DNA of 64,000 bases from Actinomycetota bacterium. GTDB lineage: Bacteria > Actinomycetota > Acidimicrobiia > Spongiisociales > UBA4744. A program made the position numbers and the translations under genes. How positions within the stretch are numbered: position 1 is the stretch's first letter; each line of letters opens with the position of its first letter. The stretch is from NCBI GenBank assembly GCA_013152275.1, contig JAADGS010000027.1, positions 124,001 to 188,000 on the forward strand. The letters are read 5' to 3'. The notes beneath the pieces are model-generated. The model made no database searches. It worked only from the letters and a program-made list of their open reading frames with translations, and was not told the DNA's origin. This document shows, piece by piece, positions 50,441-60,096 of the stretch.

Positions 50441-51616
50441 ATGAACGCCCAGGATCCCGAGTACACGATCGTCGGTGCCGGACCCGCCGGACTCGTTGCC
50501 GCCCTGACCCTTGCCCGCGCCGGCAAGAGGGTACGTGTGTTGGAGAAGGCCGACAGGGTGGGTCATCGTTTCAAGGGCGACTTTCAGGGTTTGGAGAACT
50601 GGTCGCAGCGACTGGACGGGCTCGAACGCCTGGCACGGCTCGGGGTCGAATCGACGTTTCGTCTCCGTCCGTTCCATGCCGTCAGCGTCTATGACCACAA
50701 GCTCCGACCAACCATCGCTCGTACCGCCGAGCCGCTCTTCTATCTGCTGTCCAGGGGACCAGGGTCGGGTTCGCTCGACACCTCGCTCCTGGCCCAGGTG
50801 CAACGGGCCGGTGTGGAGGTTCGGTTCAATTCGCCCGTTCGGCATCCGATACGCGGAGCCATCGTCTCCGCAGGGCCGCAGTATGCGCACGCCGTCGCCA
50901 CGGGCTACTTGTTCCAGACCGATCTCCCGGATCAGGCGCATTGTGTCTTCGCCGAGGAGGTGGCGCCGGCGGCGTATGCCTACTTGCTGGTCTGGGACGG
51001 GCGCGCGACGCTGGCAACGTGTCTCTTCGCCGACGTCGACCGGGCTGCCGAGGTCCGAAGAACCGCCGTCGAGGTATTCCAACGGCTCGTTCCGGGGCTC
51101 GACCTCACCGGTGCACGGCCGTTCTCGGGGTACGGGACGGTGTTCTCTCGAGCGGTGTTCAGCGATACCGTGGGTCAACTCTATGCCGGCGAGGCAGCAG
51201 GGCTCCAGGATCCGGAGTGGGGGTTTGGCCTCTGGTACGCGATGGAATCGGGTTGGCTCGCGGCCCGTTCCCTCCTCGAAGGATTCGACTATGCCGTGGA
51301 AGCATCCAGGCGTTTCGAGCTCCAGCGGCGTTCGGGCTTCGCCAATCGTCTGTTCTTTGAACATATCCCCCAAGCCATCATCCCCGTCTTGGTGCGACAA
51401 GTCGCTTCATCGAGCATGCTGCGGGAACGGCTGAGACGTCATTGGAAGCCGAATTGGGTGAAGTCCACGATTGCGTATGCCGGACGGTCGAGGCTGCGCC
51501 GGTTCACGCCGGACCGGGAGGTGAACGGCAAGGCAAGACGAAGCATGCCGGAGACGGCCGACCGATCTACACCGGGTGCCATCTTGTCTGCGCCGAGCGA
51601 CGGAGACACGATCTGA
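50441..51616 (+). CDS. NAD(P)/FAD-dependent oxidoreductase (geranylgeranyl reductase-like fold)
   Basis: IVGAGPAGL dinucleotide motif, GDFQGLENW, AGEAAGLQD...GFGL..AMESG; GAGGAGG Shine-Dalgarno. Confidence 0.85.
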   Translation: MNAQDPEYTIVGAGPAGLVAALTLARAGKRVRVLEKADRVGHRFKGDFQGLENWSQRLDGLERLARLGVESTFRLRPFHAVSVYDHKLRPTIARTAEPLFYLLSRGPGSGSLDTSLLAQVQRAGVEVRFNSPVRHPIRGAIVSAGPQYAHAVATGYLFQTDLPDQAHCVFAEEVAPAAYAYLLVWDGRATLATCLFADVDRAAEVRRTAVEVFQRLVPGLDLTGARPFSGYGTVFSRAVFSDTVGQLYAGEAAGLQDPEWGFGLWYAMESGWLAARSLLEGFDYAVEASRRFELQRRSGFANRLFFEHIPQAIIPVLVRQVASSSMLRERLRRHWKPNWVKSTIAYAGRSRLRRFTPDREVNGKARRSMPETADRSTPGAILSAPSDGDTI

Positions 51617-51692
51617 AGAGGGTCTTGTATGCCGCTGATCCGGCGTCACGCAATGATCGTCCATTCGGGCAACAACCCGTTCGGACGGGATG

Positions 51693-53135
51693 TCAACCCG
51701 GGAGCAGGTGGACGAGCTGCCAGGCTCCGATGAGTGGTTGAGCTATCACGCCGACGAGGATGACGCCTGCGGCGGTGACCACGACCGTGGCGCCCGAACG
51801 CCAATCCAAGACAGGCTGTGCTGCGAGGTGCTTGTCGACGTAGGCGGGAGCGATGATGCGCAGGTAGTAGAAGAGCGAGATCACCGAGTTGATCACGGTG
51901 ACGACGGCGAGCCACGTGTAACCGGCGTCGATCACGGCTCCCATGAGTAGCAGTTTCGCCGCGAAACCGCCGAGAGGCGGTATTCCCACGAAGGAGAGGA
52001 ATCCGATCGCCAAAGCTGCGGCGAGCCAGGGGTGTGGGCCTGCAAGTCCCCGATACGATTCACGGTCGGTGAGGCCGCGAAGTTGGACGACCACACCGAA
52101 TACTGCGAGCGTCGCGAGGGCGTAGGCGACCAGGAACATGAGCAGGGAAGGGATCGCCAGATCACTGCGGCCGAGTGCGACGATGGCCAGGAGCCCGTAT
52201 CCCGCCTGTGAGACTGCCGACCAACCCAGCAGCCTTCGCACATCGGTTTGCCAGAGGGCCGCGAGGTTTCCCAGGGTCATCGTGGCCGCCGCCAGGATCG
52301 CCGTCAGCGGTCGCCACCCGAGCGCGGTATCGGGGATCACCATGACCAGGCGAGCCAGGAACACGAACGCGCCGACCTTGCCGACGATCATCAGGAACGG
52401 AGCCACGGGAGCCGGCGCGCCCTCTGCAACGTCCGGCACCCACGGGTGAACCGGGACGGCACCCAACTTGAAGGCCACGCCGATCATGACGAGACCGAAG
52501 CCGACGATGAGGGCGAGTGGATCTGCACCGACGAGGCCGGTGCGCAGTCCGGTCAGCGTGGTGGTTCCGCCGAGCCCGAACAGGAATCCGACACCATACA
52601 GCGCCGTGCCGTTGGCGAGCGCTCCAAGGAGGAAGTACTTCATCCCGGCCTCGGAGGAGTTTCTCGATCGCCGGTGAAACGCAGCCAGTGTGAACCCGGT
52701 CACCGACGAGAGCAGCATGGCCACGATGAACTCCATGAGACTGGACGCGCCCGCCAGGAGCACTGCACCAAGAGTCCCAAACAGCAGGATCGCGTAGTAC
52801 TCGCCGTGGCGGGCGTCCGACCTGAACCATTCGACCGAGAGGGCCACGGTGAAGATCGTCACGACGATCAGTACGAGGGTGGCCCACCGGCCAACCCCGT
52901 CGATGGCGAGCGTGTCGAAGAACGTGAGGCGAGAAGGCCCCGCCAGGTCCTGGCCGGCGAAGAAACCGGCCGCGGCGAGTATGGCGACGGCAAACGCGCC
53001 GATCCACGCCTGGAACCGGCGCGGAGTGAAAAGGGCGACGAAGATGATCGCTATCGCCCCCAGAGCGAGCGTCAGCTCGGGGAGGACGTCCCCGAGGAAG
53101 CGCACCATCTGGGCACTCATGTCGACTCCGGCCAT
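51693..53135 (-). CDS. NuoN-like antiporter subunit
   Basis: EAGMKYFLLG, FKLGAVPVHPWVPDVAEGAP, GKVG, GIPPLGGFAAK. Confidence 0.9.
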   Translation of the reverse strand: MAGVDMSAQMVRFLGDVLPELTLALGAIAIIFVALFTPRRFQAWIGAFAVAILAAAGFFAGQDLAGPSRLTFFDTLAIDGVGRWATLVLIVVTIFTVALSVEWFRSDARHGEYYAILLFGTLGAVLLAGASSLMEFIVAMLLSSVTGFTLAAFHRRSRNSSEAGMKYFLLGALANGTALYGVGFLFGLGGTTTLTGLRTGLVGADPLALIVGFGLVMIGVAFKLGAVPVHPWVPDVAEGAPAPVAPFLMIVGKVGAFVFLARLVMVIPDTALGWRPLTAILAAATMTLGNLAALWQTDVRRLLGWSAVSQAGYGLLAIVALGRSDLAIPSLLMFLVAYALATLAVFGVVVQLRGLTDRESYRGLAGPHPWLAAALAIGFLSFVGIPPLGGFAAKLLLMGAVIDAGYTWLAVVTVINSVISLFYYLRIIAPAYVDKHLAAQPVLDWRSGATVVVTAAGVILVGVIAQPLIGAWQLVHLLPG

Positions 53136-53136
53136 G

Positions 53137-54612
53137 TCAACCGCCCACGACGGCTCGGCTGAATGCGTTGACCACGTTGACCAGCCACGCAGGAGCGACT
53201 CCGATGACGACGACGAGCACGAGCGCCGGCGTGAGCGCGACCATCTCCGACCATCCGAGGTCCGTCCAGCCCGTCCAGCGTTCCGGCAGAGGACCGAGGA
53301 ACACCTGCTGCAACATTCTCAGGAACAGCGCAGCAGTCACGACGATCCCCAGCAGTCCGATAGCCGCCAGCCAGGGGAACACACCGAGGGTGCCGGCGAA
53401 GATCTGGAACTCGGCGACGAATCCGGCGAGGCCCGGCAGCCCGAGGCTCGCGAAAGCTGCGAGCATCATCGCTCCGGTCAATGCCGGCGCCCGGGACGCA
53501 AGCCCTCCGAACTCCCCCATCTCATACGTGTGGCCGCGGGCCAGTATCGAGCCGGACAGGAGGAACATGCTGCCGGTGATGAGACCGTGGGCGACCATCT
53601 CCACGGTGGCGCCGGTCAACGCAAGAGAGCGGGCGGCGTCCGAACCGACGAATGCCGCGCCGACCGACACGCCGAGGATCACGTAGCCCATGTGATTGAC
53701 AGACGTGTAGGCGATGAGGCGTTTCAGGTTGGTCTGCGCCATCGCAACCAACGCCCCATACACGATGCTGACGACCGCGATGATTCCGAGAGGGAGCGCA
53801 AACCTGTCGAAGGTGCCCGGCATCATCTGGAGGAGCACACGGATGAACCCGTACGTCCCCATCTTCAGCAGCACACCGGCGAGGATCGTGGAAGCCGGCG
53901 CCGGGGCGTCGACATGGGCGGGCGGAAGCCAGGTGTGGAACGGCACCAGTGGTGCCTTGATGGCGAAGCCGATGGCGATGGCCCAGAAGATGAGCGTCGA
54001 GGCGAGCCCCGCAGCCGGGAGCGGCTGGGTGCGGATGATCTCGATCATGTCGAACGTGCGGGGCGACGTGTTCAGGTAGATGCCAAGAATGCCGAGCAGC
54101 AATGCCAGGGATCCGACGAGTGTGTAGAGGAAGAACTTGAGCGCCGAACGCTGGGCGTCGCCGTGTCCCCAGATGGCGATGAGGAAGTACATGCCTACCA
54201 GCGAGAGGTCGAAGAAGACGAAGAACAGGATGAGGTCCAGGGCGAAGAAGAGGCCCAGTGAAGCCGTCTCGAGGAAGAGGAAGGCCGCGTAGTACTGGCG
54301 TGCCTTGCCGCGTAGGTCGGCGGGGAAGACCATCGAGAGGGTGAACAGCAGAGCCGTCATTGCCAGCAGCGGGAGGGACAGCCCGTCGACGCCGACCTGA
54401 TAGGTGACTCCGATCGAGGTGATCCATGGGGCCGATTCGACGAGTTCGAAGCCGGGGCCCCCCTTGAACATGGTCCATGCCGCGATGATGATGCCCAGTG
54501 GCACGAGGCTCACTGCCACAGCCGTCCAGCGGGCAAGCTGGGGTCGGTCCTTCGGAAAACCGAGCAGCGCTGCTGCTGCGATCACGGGAAGGAAGATGGC
54601 GATACTGAGCAT
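53137..54612 (-). CDS. NuoM-like antiporter subunit
   Basis: KFFLYT, IKAPLVPFHTWLPPAHVDAP, LLKMG, KRLIAYTSVNHMG, GFVAEF. Confidence 0.92.
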   Translation of the reverse strand: MLSIAIFLPVIAAAALLGFPKDRPQLARWTAVAVSLVPLGIIIAAWTMFKGGPGFELVESAPWITSIGVTYQVGVDGLSLPLLAMTALLFTLSMVFPADLRGKARQYYAAFLFLETASLGLFFALDLILFFVFFDLSLVGMYFLIAIWGHGDAQRSALKFFLYTLVGSLALLLGILGIYLNTSPRTFDMIEIIRTQPLPAAGLASTLIFWAIAIGFAIKAPLVPFHTWLPPAHVDAPAPASTILAGVLLKMGTYGFIRVLLQMMPGTFDRFALPLGIIAVVSIVYGALVAMAQTNLKRLIAYTSVNHMGYVILGVSVGAAFVGSDAARSLALTGATVEMVAHGLITGSMFLLSGSILARGHTYEMGEFGGLASRAPALTGAMMLAAFASLGLPGLAGFVAEFQIFAGTLGVFPWLAAIGLLGIVVTAALFLRMLQQVFLGPLPERWTGWTDLGWSEMVALTPALVLVVVIGVAPAWLVNVVNAFSRAVVGG

Positions 54613-54616
54613 TGGG

Positions 54617-56533
54617 CTACCTCCAGAGAACGGTCACGAAGATGATGAGGGCGGCGCCGATCACGAGGATCGTGTAGTAGTGGTAGGACATGCCGGTTTG
54701 GAGCTTTCGGCTCTGCTCGCCGGCGATGCCGATTCCGAGGGCGATTCCTTCGACGGTCCCGTCGACGGCCTCGTCATCCACGGATCGTGATGTGTCCGCC
54801 GTGCGCAGCACGCCGCCGGCTATCACGTGCACGCCTCCATCGATGACCCGTTCCGCGCTCCTGCGCAGAGAAGCCGACACACGAGTGGCTGTGCGAGCAG
54901 TGCCCAGCACGAGTGCGTCCACGACGGAGCGGTCCGTGATCCTGAGGCCTTCGGACAGGCGCAGCACAGGGTCGACGATCACGACGCGTCCTGCCGTCGG
55001 CAAGCCCCACCAGTCGGCCACTGCGGCACGGAGACGGTCGGGAATCCCGAGATCGACGAGGCGGTGGCGTTTCCAGAGCGCGGCGATGATCGCCAACCCG
55101 AGAGCGATGACTCCCAGAGATACCCACAGTTCCCACGGCTCCCCCCCTGCGATCCGGCCCGATGCGACCGTCTCGAGAAGCTTCTCTCCTCCAGGGAGCC
55201 AGAGTGCACCGAGGAGCAACGTGATCGTGGCGAGTGCGCCGATCGCGAGAAGCTCGCCGACCCCCGGACGTTCGCCACTGGTCTGTGTGGGGCCTGGCCC
55301 ATAGCCGAGCAGGTGAAGGCGGCTTGCGTACAGGACGGACAAGAGTCCGGCAACGACCGTTCCCGCCCCGACCCAGACGCCGGCGTCGAAGGCTGCGGCT
55401 AGGACGGCTTCCTTGGTGAAGGCGCCGCCCAGAGGAGGGATGGCAGCCAACGCAGCCGCACCGACACCGAACAGGAGCGCCACTTTCGGCAGGGCCGAGC
55501 CGAGACGGAGCGAGCCAAGATCCAGTGTGCCTCCCGTGTGGAGTGCCACGCCCGCACCGAGGAACAGGAGTGCTTTGAAGAAGGCGTGGGCGGTGAGCTG
55601 ACCCATGCCGGCTGCGGTGAAACCGGCACCGATCGCTATCAGCATCAATCCGTACTGGGCGGACGTGGAGCCTGCCAGCGCTCTCTTGAAGTCGGTCTGG
55701 ACGAGTGCCACCACACCGCCCGCCAGCGCGGTGACGAGGCCAAGTCCGATGACGGTCGGTGGGAACCACGGAACCTGCGAGAAGATCGGCTCGAGCCGGA
55801 TGAGTGCATAGGCGCCCGCGGCCACCATCGTCGCCGAATGGAGTAGCGCCGATACGGGGGAGGGGCCTGCCATCGCCGAGAACAACCAGGGAGAGAAGGG
55901 AACCTGGGCGGATTTCGCTGCGGCCGCCACGAGCACCCCGCCGGCGGCGATGGCCAGCCAGCGGGGGTCGGATGAAGCGGCGAGGTCGCTGTACCGGAAG
56001 CTGCCTGTCGCTGCAAAGGCGGCGCCGGCGGCGAGGTACAGCCCCAGGTCTCCGAAGCGCGTCGTGATGAACGCCTCCTTCGCCGAACGGGGCCGGTTCG
56101 GGTCGCGCCACTCGTGACCGATGAGTGACCAGGATGCCGCACCGACCAGTTCCCAGCCGATGAGCAACGTGAGGAAATCGGCGGCGACCACCAGCAGCTC
56201 CATGGCCCCGACAAAGGCGACCATGAGCCCAAGAAGGCGGGCGAGCGCCGGATCACGGCGGAGGCTTGCAGCGGTGAAACCCACGATCGGTAGCGCCACC
56301 AACGGTACGAGCACCACCATGGGACGGGCGGCACCCTCGACGGAGAGTTGGAGGGCGATACCTGCACCCCAGTCCCAGGATGCCGTCGAACCCGCGAACG
56401 CGGCGACGACGGCGACGGCGAGCGTCCCTGCGAGCGCGGCGACGGCGATGGGACCCAGAAGTCTGCGCCGACGCCGGAATAGGAGCACCATGGCGGTACC
56501 CGCTACCGGCACGAAAACTGGCAGCCAGGCCAT
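54617..56533 (-). CDS. NuoL/MrpA-like antiporter subunit
   Basis: GWELVG, KSAQVPFSPWL..AMAGPSPVSALLHSATMV, HAFFKALLFL. Start at the TGATG overlap. Confidence 0.92.
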   Translation of the reverse strand: MAWLPVFVPVAGTAMVLLFRRRRRLLGPIAVAALAGTLAVAVVAAFAGSTASWDWGAGIALQLSVEGAARPMVVLVPLVALPIVGFTAASLRRDPALARLLGLMVAFVGAMELLVVAADFLTLLIGWELVGAASWSLIGHEWRDPNRPRSAKEAFITTRFGDLGLYLAAGAAFAATGSFRYSDLAASSDPRWLAIAAGGVLVAAAAKSAQVPFSPWLFSAMAGPSPVSALLHSATMVAAGAYALIRLEPIFSQVPWFPPTVIGLGLVTALAGGVVALVQTDFKRALAGSTSAQYGLMLIAIGAGFTAAGMGQLTAHAFFKALLFLGAGVALHTGGTLDLGSLRLGSALPKVALLFGVGAAALAAIPPLGGAFTKEAVLAAAFDAGVWVGAGTVVAGLLSVLYASRLHLLGYGPGPTQTSGERPGVGELLAIGALATITLLLGALWLPGGEKLLETVASGRIAGGEPWELWVSLGVIALGLAIIAALWKRHRLVDLGIPDRLRAAVADWWGLPTAGRVVIVDPVLRLSEGLRITDRSVVDALVLGTARTATRVSASLRRSAERVIDGGVHVIAGGVLRTADTSRSVDDEAVDGTVEGIALGIGIAGEQSRKLQTGMSYHYYTILVIGAALIIFVTVLWR

Positions 56534-56838
56534 CAGTTTCGGAGCCTCTTCAGCTTCTCGGTGATGTCGGCCTTTCGTGCCCGGTACACGTTCGCCACCA
56601 GCGCGAAACCGATCGCCGCCTCGATGGCCATGGCCGTCATGACCACGATCACGAGGAGTTGGCCTTCCGGGTTGCCGCCGGTGGAACCCCACCAGAAAGC
56701 GGCGACGGCCAGGATGGTGGCGTTCAGCATCAACTCGAGTCCCATCATGATCATGACGAAGGACTGCTGGCTGAGAGCACCGTAGATACCGACGCCGAAG
56801 ATGGCGGCAGCCACGACAAGGAGTGCTTCAAGGCTCAC
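56533..56838 (-). CDS. NuoK-like subunit
   Basis: MGLELMLNA, AIEAAIGFAL; 101 aa, three TMs. Confidence 0.9.
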   Translation of the reverse strand: MSLEALLVVAAAIFGVGIYGALSQQSFVMIMMGLELMLNATILAVAAFWWGSTGGNPEGQLLVIVVMTAMAIEAAIGFALVANVYRARKADITEKLKRLRN

Positions 56839-57398
56839 TGGCTCGTCTCCACTTCGAGTGGAGGTTCTTCGGAGCCCTGTTCGGCGTCCCCGTACCGTCC
56901 ACGGTGAGAGACGAGCGCGATCGCTCCGATCATGACGGCGAGGAGTGCCACGCCGGCAGATTCGAACACGAGCATCGACGTCCCGAGGAGTTCCTGGCCA
57001 AGGGGGACGATGGCCGGCCCGACGATGGCTGCCGGACGATCCGGAAACTCGGCGAACAATCCGACGGTTGCCAGGGCCAGGAACGAACCGACGCCAGAGA
57101 GGATTGCCGTGCGATGTTGGTGCACCATGAGCATCGGGTTCAGACCGGCCGGGTTCATCATGAACATCACCATGAAGATCGCCATGATGGTCATTTCCCC
57201 GGCCATCATCAGGATGAGGATGAGGCCGAGAAACTGCGCGTTGAGCGTGACGAGAATGGCTCCGACCGCTACGAACGACGCCATCAACCAGTACGCCGCC
57301 CGCACCATCGAGTCGGTCACGAACACGAGGATCGCCGAGATCACGGCCATCGCCGAGAAGGCCCAGAAGAGCACGTCGGTCGGCCATCCGCCGCTCAC
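56835..57398 (-). CDS. NuoJ-like subunit, Met-rich
   Basis: LNAQFLG, LGQELL...FESAGVALLAVMIGAIAL. GTGA overlaps at both ends. Confidence 0.88.
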   Translation of the reverse strand: MSGGWPTDVLFWAFSAMAVISAILVFVTDSMVRAAYWLMASFVAVGAILVTLNAQFLGLILILMMAGEMTIMAIFMVMFMMNPAGLNPMLMVHQHRTAILSGVGSFLALATVGLFAEFPDRPAAIVGPAIVPLGQELLGTSMLVFESAGVALLAVMIGAIALVSHRGRYGDAEQGSEEPPLEVETSQ

Positions 57399-58315
57399 AG
57401 TGTCAACGCTCCCGAGACGAAGACGTCTACGAGGGCAAGAGGGAGGAGCACCAGCCAGCCGAACTTCACGACATTCTCCATTCTCGGACGAGCGGTCCGA
57501 TGACCGAACCAGATCATGACGGCCAGCAAGGCGACCGTCTTGAGGATCGACCATGCCCAGCCGGGGAGCCAAGGGCCGAGAGGGCCACCCAGGAATGCGG
57601 CCGATCCCATGGCGGCGGCCGAGACGAGGAGTGCGGCTCTCGCCGTCCGCCACGCGAGCAGTGCCGTTCCCGACGTCTCGGTCTGTGAGCCACCTGCGAG
57701 GTCGGCGGCATCGGGATGCTGAAAGGGTCCCCAAAACGCGAATCCGAGCGCCGTCAAGAGGTAGATGGGCAGGCCGAGCGGCTGGCGGAGCACGTTCCAC
57801 AATTCCGCCTGGGAGCTGATGATGACTCCTACGGACAGGGATTCGGCGGGTATGGCCGTTGTGATGAGCACCAGGGAGAACGGGATCCCCACGGAGAGGG
57901 CCAACGCTGCGAACCGGTATCCGCCGATCAGCGGAAAGATCGAGTTCGACGACCAACCGTGCAGGAAGACCGCCACCATCACCTGGACCAGGGCTGCACC
58001 GAAGAGAACGATGCCGACGGGCACGTCGGCGATGGCGAGCCCCGGGGTGAGTGGGATCGCGGTGAAGGCCACCGCCGCGAGGCCGGCGAGCAAAGCCGGT
58101 GCCAACGCCCAAGCCTCCCGGTCGGGCCGTTCGGTGACGGTCCTGCGTTGCGACATGAGGAGAGCAACGCTGCGGAAGGGGTCGAGAAGGAGCGCAGCGG
58201 TACCCTCGCGGTTCCCGGCCGCCGTGCCGGCCAAGAGTCGGTCGAGCACCGACACGATGTACACACCGGCGCCGAGGACCCCGCCCGTGAAGAGGATTGC
58301 AGTGGCCGGGTTCAC
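57395..58315 (-). CDS. NuoH-like subunit (divergent)
   Basis: GWSSNSIFPLIGGYR, SLSVGVIISSQ, PFQHPDAADLAGGSQTETSG, RPRME...GW..LLPLAL. Confidence 0.85.
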   Translation of the reverse strand: MNPATAILFTGGVLGAGVYIVSVLDRLLAGTAAGNREGTAALLLDPFRSVALLMSQRRTVTERPDREAWALAPALLAGLAAVAFTAIPLTPGLAIADVPVGIVLFGAALVQVMVAVFLHGWSSNSIFPLIGGYRFAALALSVGIPFSLVLITTAIPAESLSVGVIISSQAELWNVLRQPLGLPIYLLTALGFAFWGPFQHPDAADLAGGSQTETSGTALLAWRTARAALLVSAAAMGSAAFLGGPLGPWLPGWAWSILKTVALLAVMIWFGHRTARPRMENVVKFGWLVLLPLALVDVFVSGALTL

Positions 58316-59604
58316 GCAGCTTCCCCTTCGCCGGCACTCGGGGGAGCCGCGGCTGCCTCGGCAGGGTCCATGTCGATGCTCGCCAGGCAGGTCACCGCGT
58401 CCCCCCACTCGAGGCCGGTCAGGAGGGCAGGCAGGAGTTCGAGTAGCCGGCTCGAAGGGGTCGGTGCTCCTTGCTCCAGCCGTCCGTGGGGTCCTTCGAC
58501 GACGCCGTCGCCGAATGCGGTTCGATCTGGAGCTTGCATGGCGAGATCGAGAGACTGGGTGATCTCAGCGAGCCGCTGTCTCCAGCGAGCGCGAGGGTCG
58601 CCGTCGGCGAACGTGATGGGTGTGAACCCGAGGCTGCGATAGGTGGGATCCTCCAATCTGGCGTCATCAGGAAGGCCACTCGCTCTGGCAACGGGGCCGA
58701 GACCCTCTGTCAACGAGGGATCGAGGCGACCGGCCGAACCGAGGCTCCAGGCGAAGGCGCCGCTTTTTCGGATGGCGCGAGCCAACGCGTCGACGGCGTC
58801 GTTGTCCTGGGGTGTCAACCGTGCGGCGAGCCGGAGCGCCCGAAGTCCCAGGGCTCCGAGTCCCACCAGACGCAGCGCTTCGGCCAGCCAGATCAGATGG
58901 TGTCGGGCTCGGGCCAGTTCCAGGTCGGCGAGAGGGACCGGACGGCGCAGAGCTTCTTTGAAAGGGGAGGCGATGGCGGCGGTCACGGCCGCCGGCCCGA
59001 CAGAGGCTTCCTGGATGATGTCGCCCTGGAATGTCACTCGAAGTGTCAATCCGGCGGGGAGGGCAGGAAGCCAGGGCCCCAGCGTCACCGGAAGGCGATC
59101 GAGCTGGATGCCGTCCCGGTCGGGTCCGCGTTCGGCCATCGGACGTCCGTAGGGGACACCTCCGGTCATGCCCTTGCCCCCCTGACCGTATGGCCCGACA
59201 TTTCGCCATTCGGCCGGATCGATGTCCGGCAGCAGGGGTGCTTCCGAGGGAAGTGTGCCGTGGAGGAGAGCGCGGTGGAGATCCACGATGGCATCCACGA
59301 GTCCATCGACGTTCCCGGACACGACATGTTCCGCGGGAAGACCTTCGAGCGTGGTTGGCCCCCAGTGAACGGTCAGGCGAGGTGGCGACATCTGGTCGTG
59401 AACGCGACGGAGGGCGGCGATGCCGGCATCCGTGAACGATCCCGCCACCAACAGGATGTTTGCAGGCCTGGGTGTGTCCAGCATGCTGATTTCGGTGCGC
59501 AGACGCAGATTCGCCAGGTCGTCGCGTGCACCGGCTCCCCCCACGGCGAATACCGGGACGCGAGCTCGGCCGGCGATGCCTGCCAGGAGGCCTTTCAGGC
59601 CCAT
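58312..59604 (-). CDS. Degenerate NuoB-NuoD-like fusion protein lacking Fe-S ligands
   Basis: N-part TPRPANILLVAG...VHDQMSPPR resembles NuoB. C-part LGPWLPALP, ELARARHHL, GPVARASG, GDPRARW, VEGPHG, LASID resembles NuoD. Only one Cys. Confidence 0.8.
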   Translation of the reverse strand: MGLKGLLAGIAGRARVPVFAVGGAGARDDLANLRLRTEISMLDTPRPANILLVAGSFTDAGIAALRRVHDQMSPPRLTVHWGPTTLEGLPAEHVVSGNVDGLVDAIVDLHRALLHGTLPSEAPLLPDIDPAEWRNVGPYGQGGKGMTGGVPYGRPMAERGPDRDGIQLDRLPVTLGPWLPALPAGLTLRVTFQGDIIQEASVGPAAVTAAIASPFKEALRRPVPLADLELARARHHLIWLAEALRLVGLGALGLRALRLAARLTPQDNDAVDALARAIRKSGAFAWSLGSAGRLDPSLTEGLGPVARASGLPDDARLEDPTYRSLGFTPITFADGDPRARWRQRLAEITQSLDLAMQAPDRTAFGDGVVEGPHGRLEQGAPTPSSRLLELLPALLTGLEWGDAVTCLASIDMDPAEAAAAPPSAGEGEAA

Positions 59605-59948
59605 TCGAACCCTCGCTCACGCCAGGCGTACACGATTCCTACGACCAGGATGAGGATGAACATCAGCATCTCGACCAGTGAGAGGAGTCCCTCCCGCACG
59701 AACACGACTGCCCACGGGTACATGAAGACCATCTCCATGTCGAAAGCCAGGAAGAGCAACGCCATCGCGTAGTAGCGGGTGTGGAACCGGTTCCATGCGT
59801 GGAAATCCGGTTCCACACCTCCGGCGGACGGAACGCGCTCGGGCGCGGTTGTCAGTACGGGGTTGAGCCGATCACCCACCCATCGGGTGCCGACGACTGC
59901 AAGCCCGGCTGCCAGGAACACTACGAGCGCAGCTCCGAGAGATGCCAT
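59595..59948 (-). CDS. NuoA-like subunit
   Basis: RYYAMALLFLAFDMEMVFMYPWA, YAWRERGFEW. Confidence 0.9.
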   Translation of the reverse strand: MASLGAALVVFLAAGLAVVGTRWVGDRLNPVLTTAPERVPSAGGVEPDFHAWNRFHTRYYAMALLFLAFDMEMVFMYPWAVVFVREGLLSLVEMLMFILILVVGIVYAWRERGFEWA

Positions 59949-59949
59949 G

Positions 59950-60096
59950 TCAGGCGACGTAGTCCTTCGGGTTCTCGTCGAACTCTTCTTTGCAGTCGTT
60001 CGAACAGAAGTAGTAGGTCGTCCCTTCGTACGCGCTCGTGCCGACGGCATCGTCCATCTCAATGGTCATGCCGCAGACCGGGTCTTTCATTTTCAT
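59950..60096 (-). CDS. YHS-domain small metal-binding protein
   Basis: KDPVCGM...YEGTTYYFCSNDCKEEFDENP; GAGGAG Shine-Dalgarno. Confidence 0.92.
   Translation of the reverse strand: MKMKDPVCGMTIEMDDAVGTSAYEGTTYYFCSNDCKEEFDENPKDYVA

Noticed and set aside
51693..59948. Calling the operon a canonical NADH dehydrogenase I or a group-4 [NiFe] hydrogenase
   Set aside because: No nuoC/E/F/G/I, no N2 cysteines and no Ni-binding CxxC pairs in the NuoD-like part.
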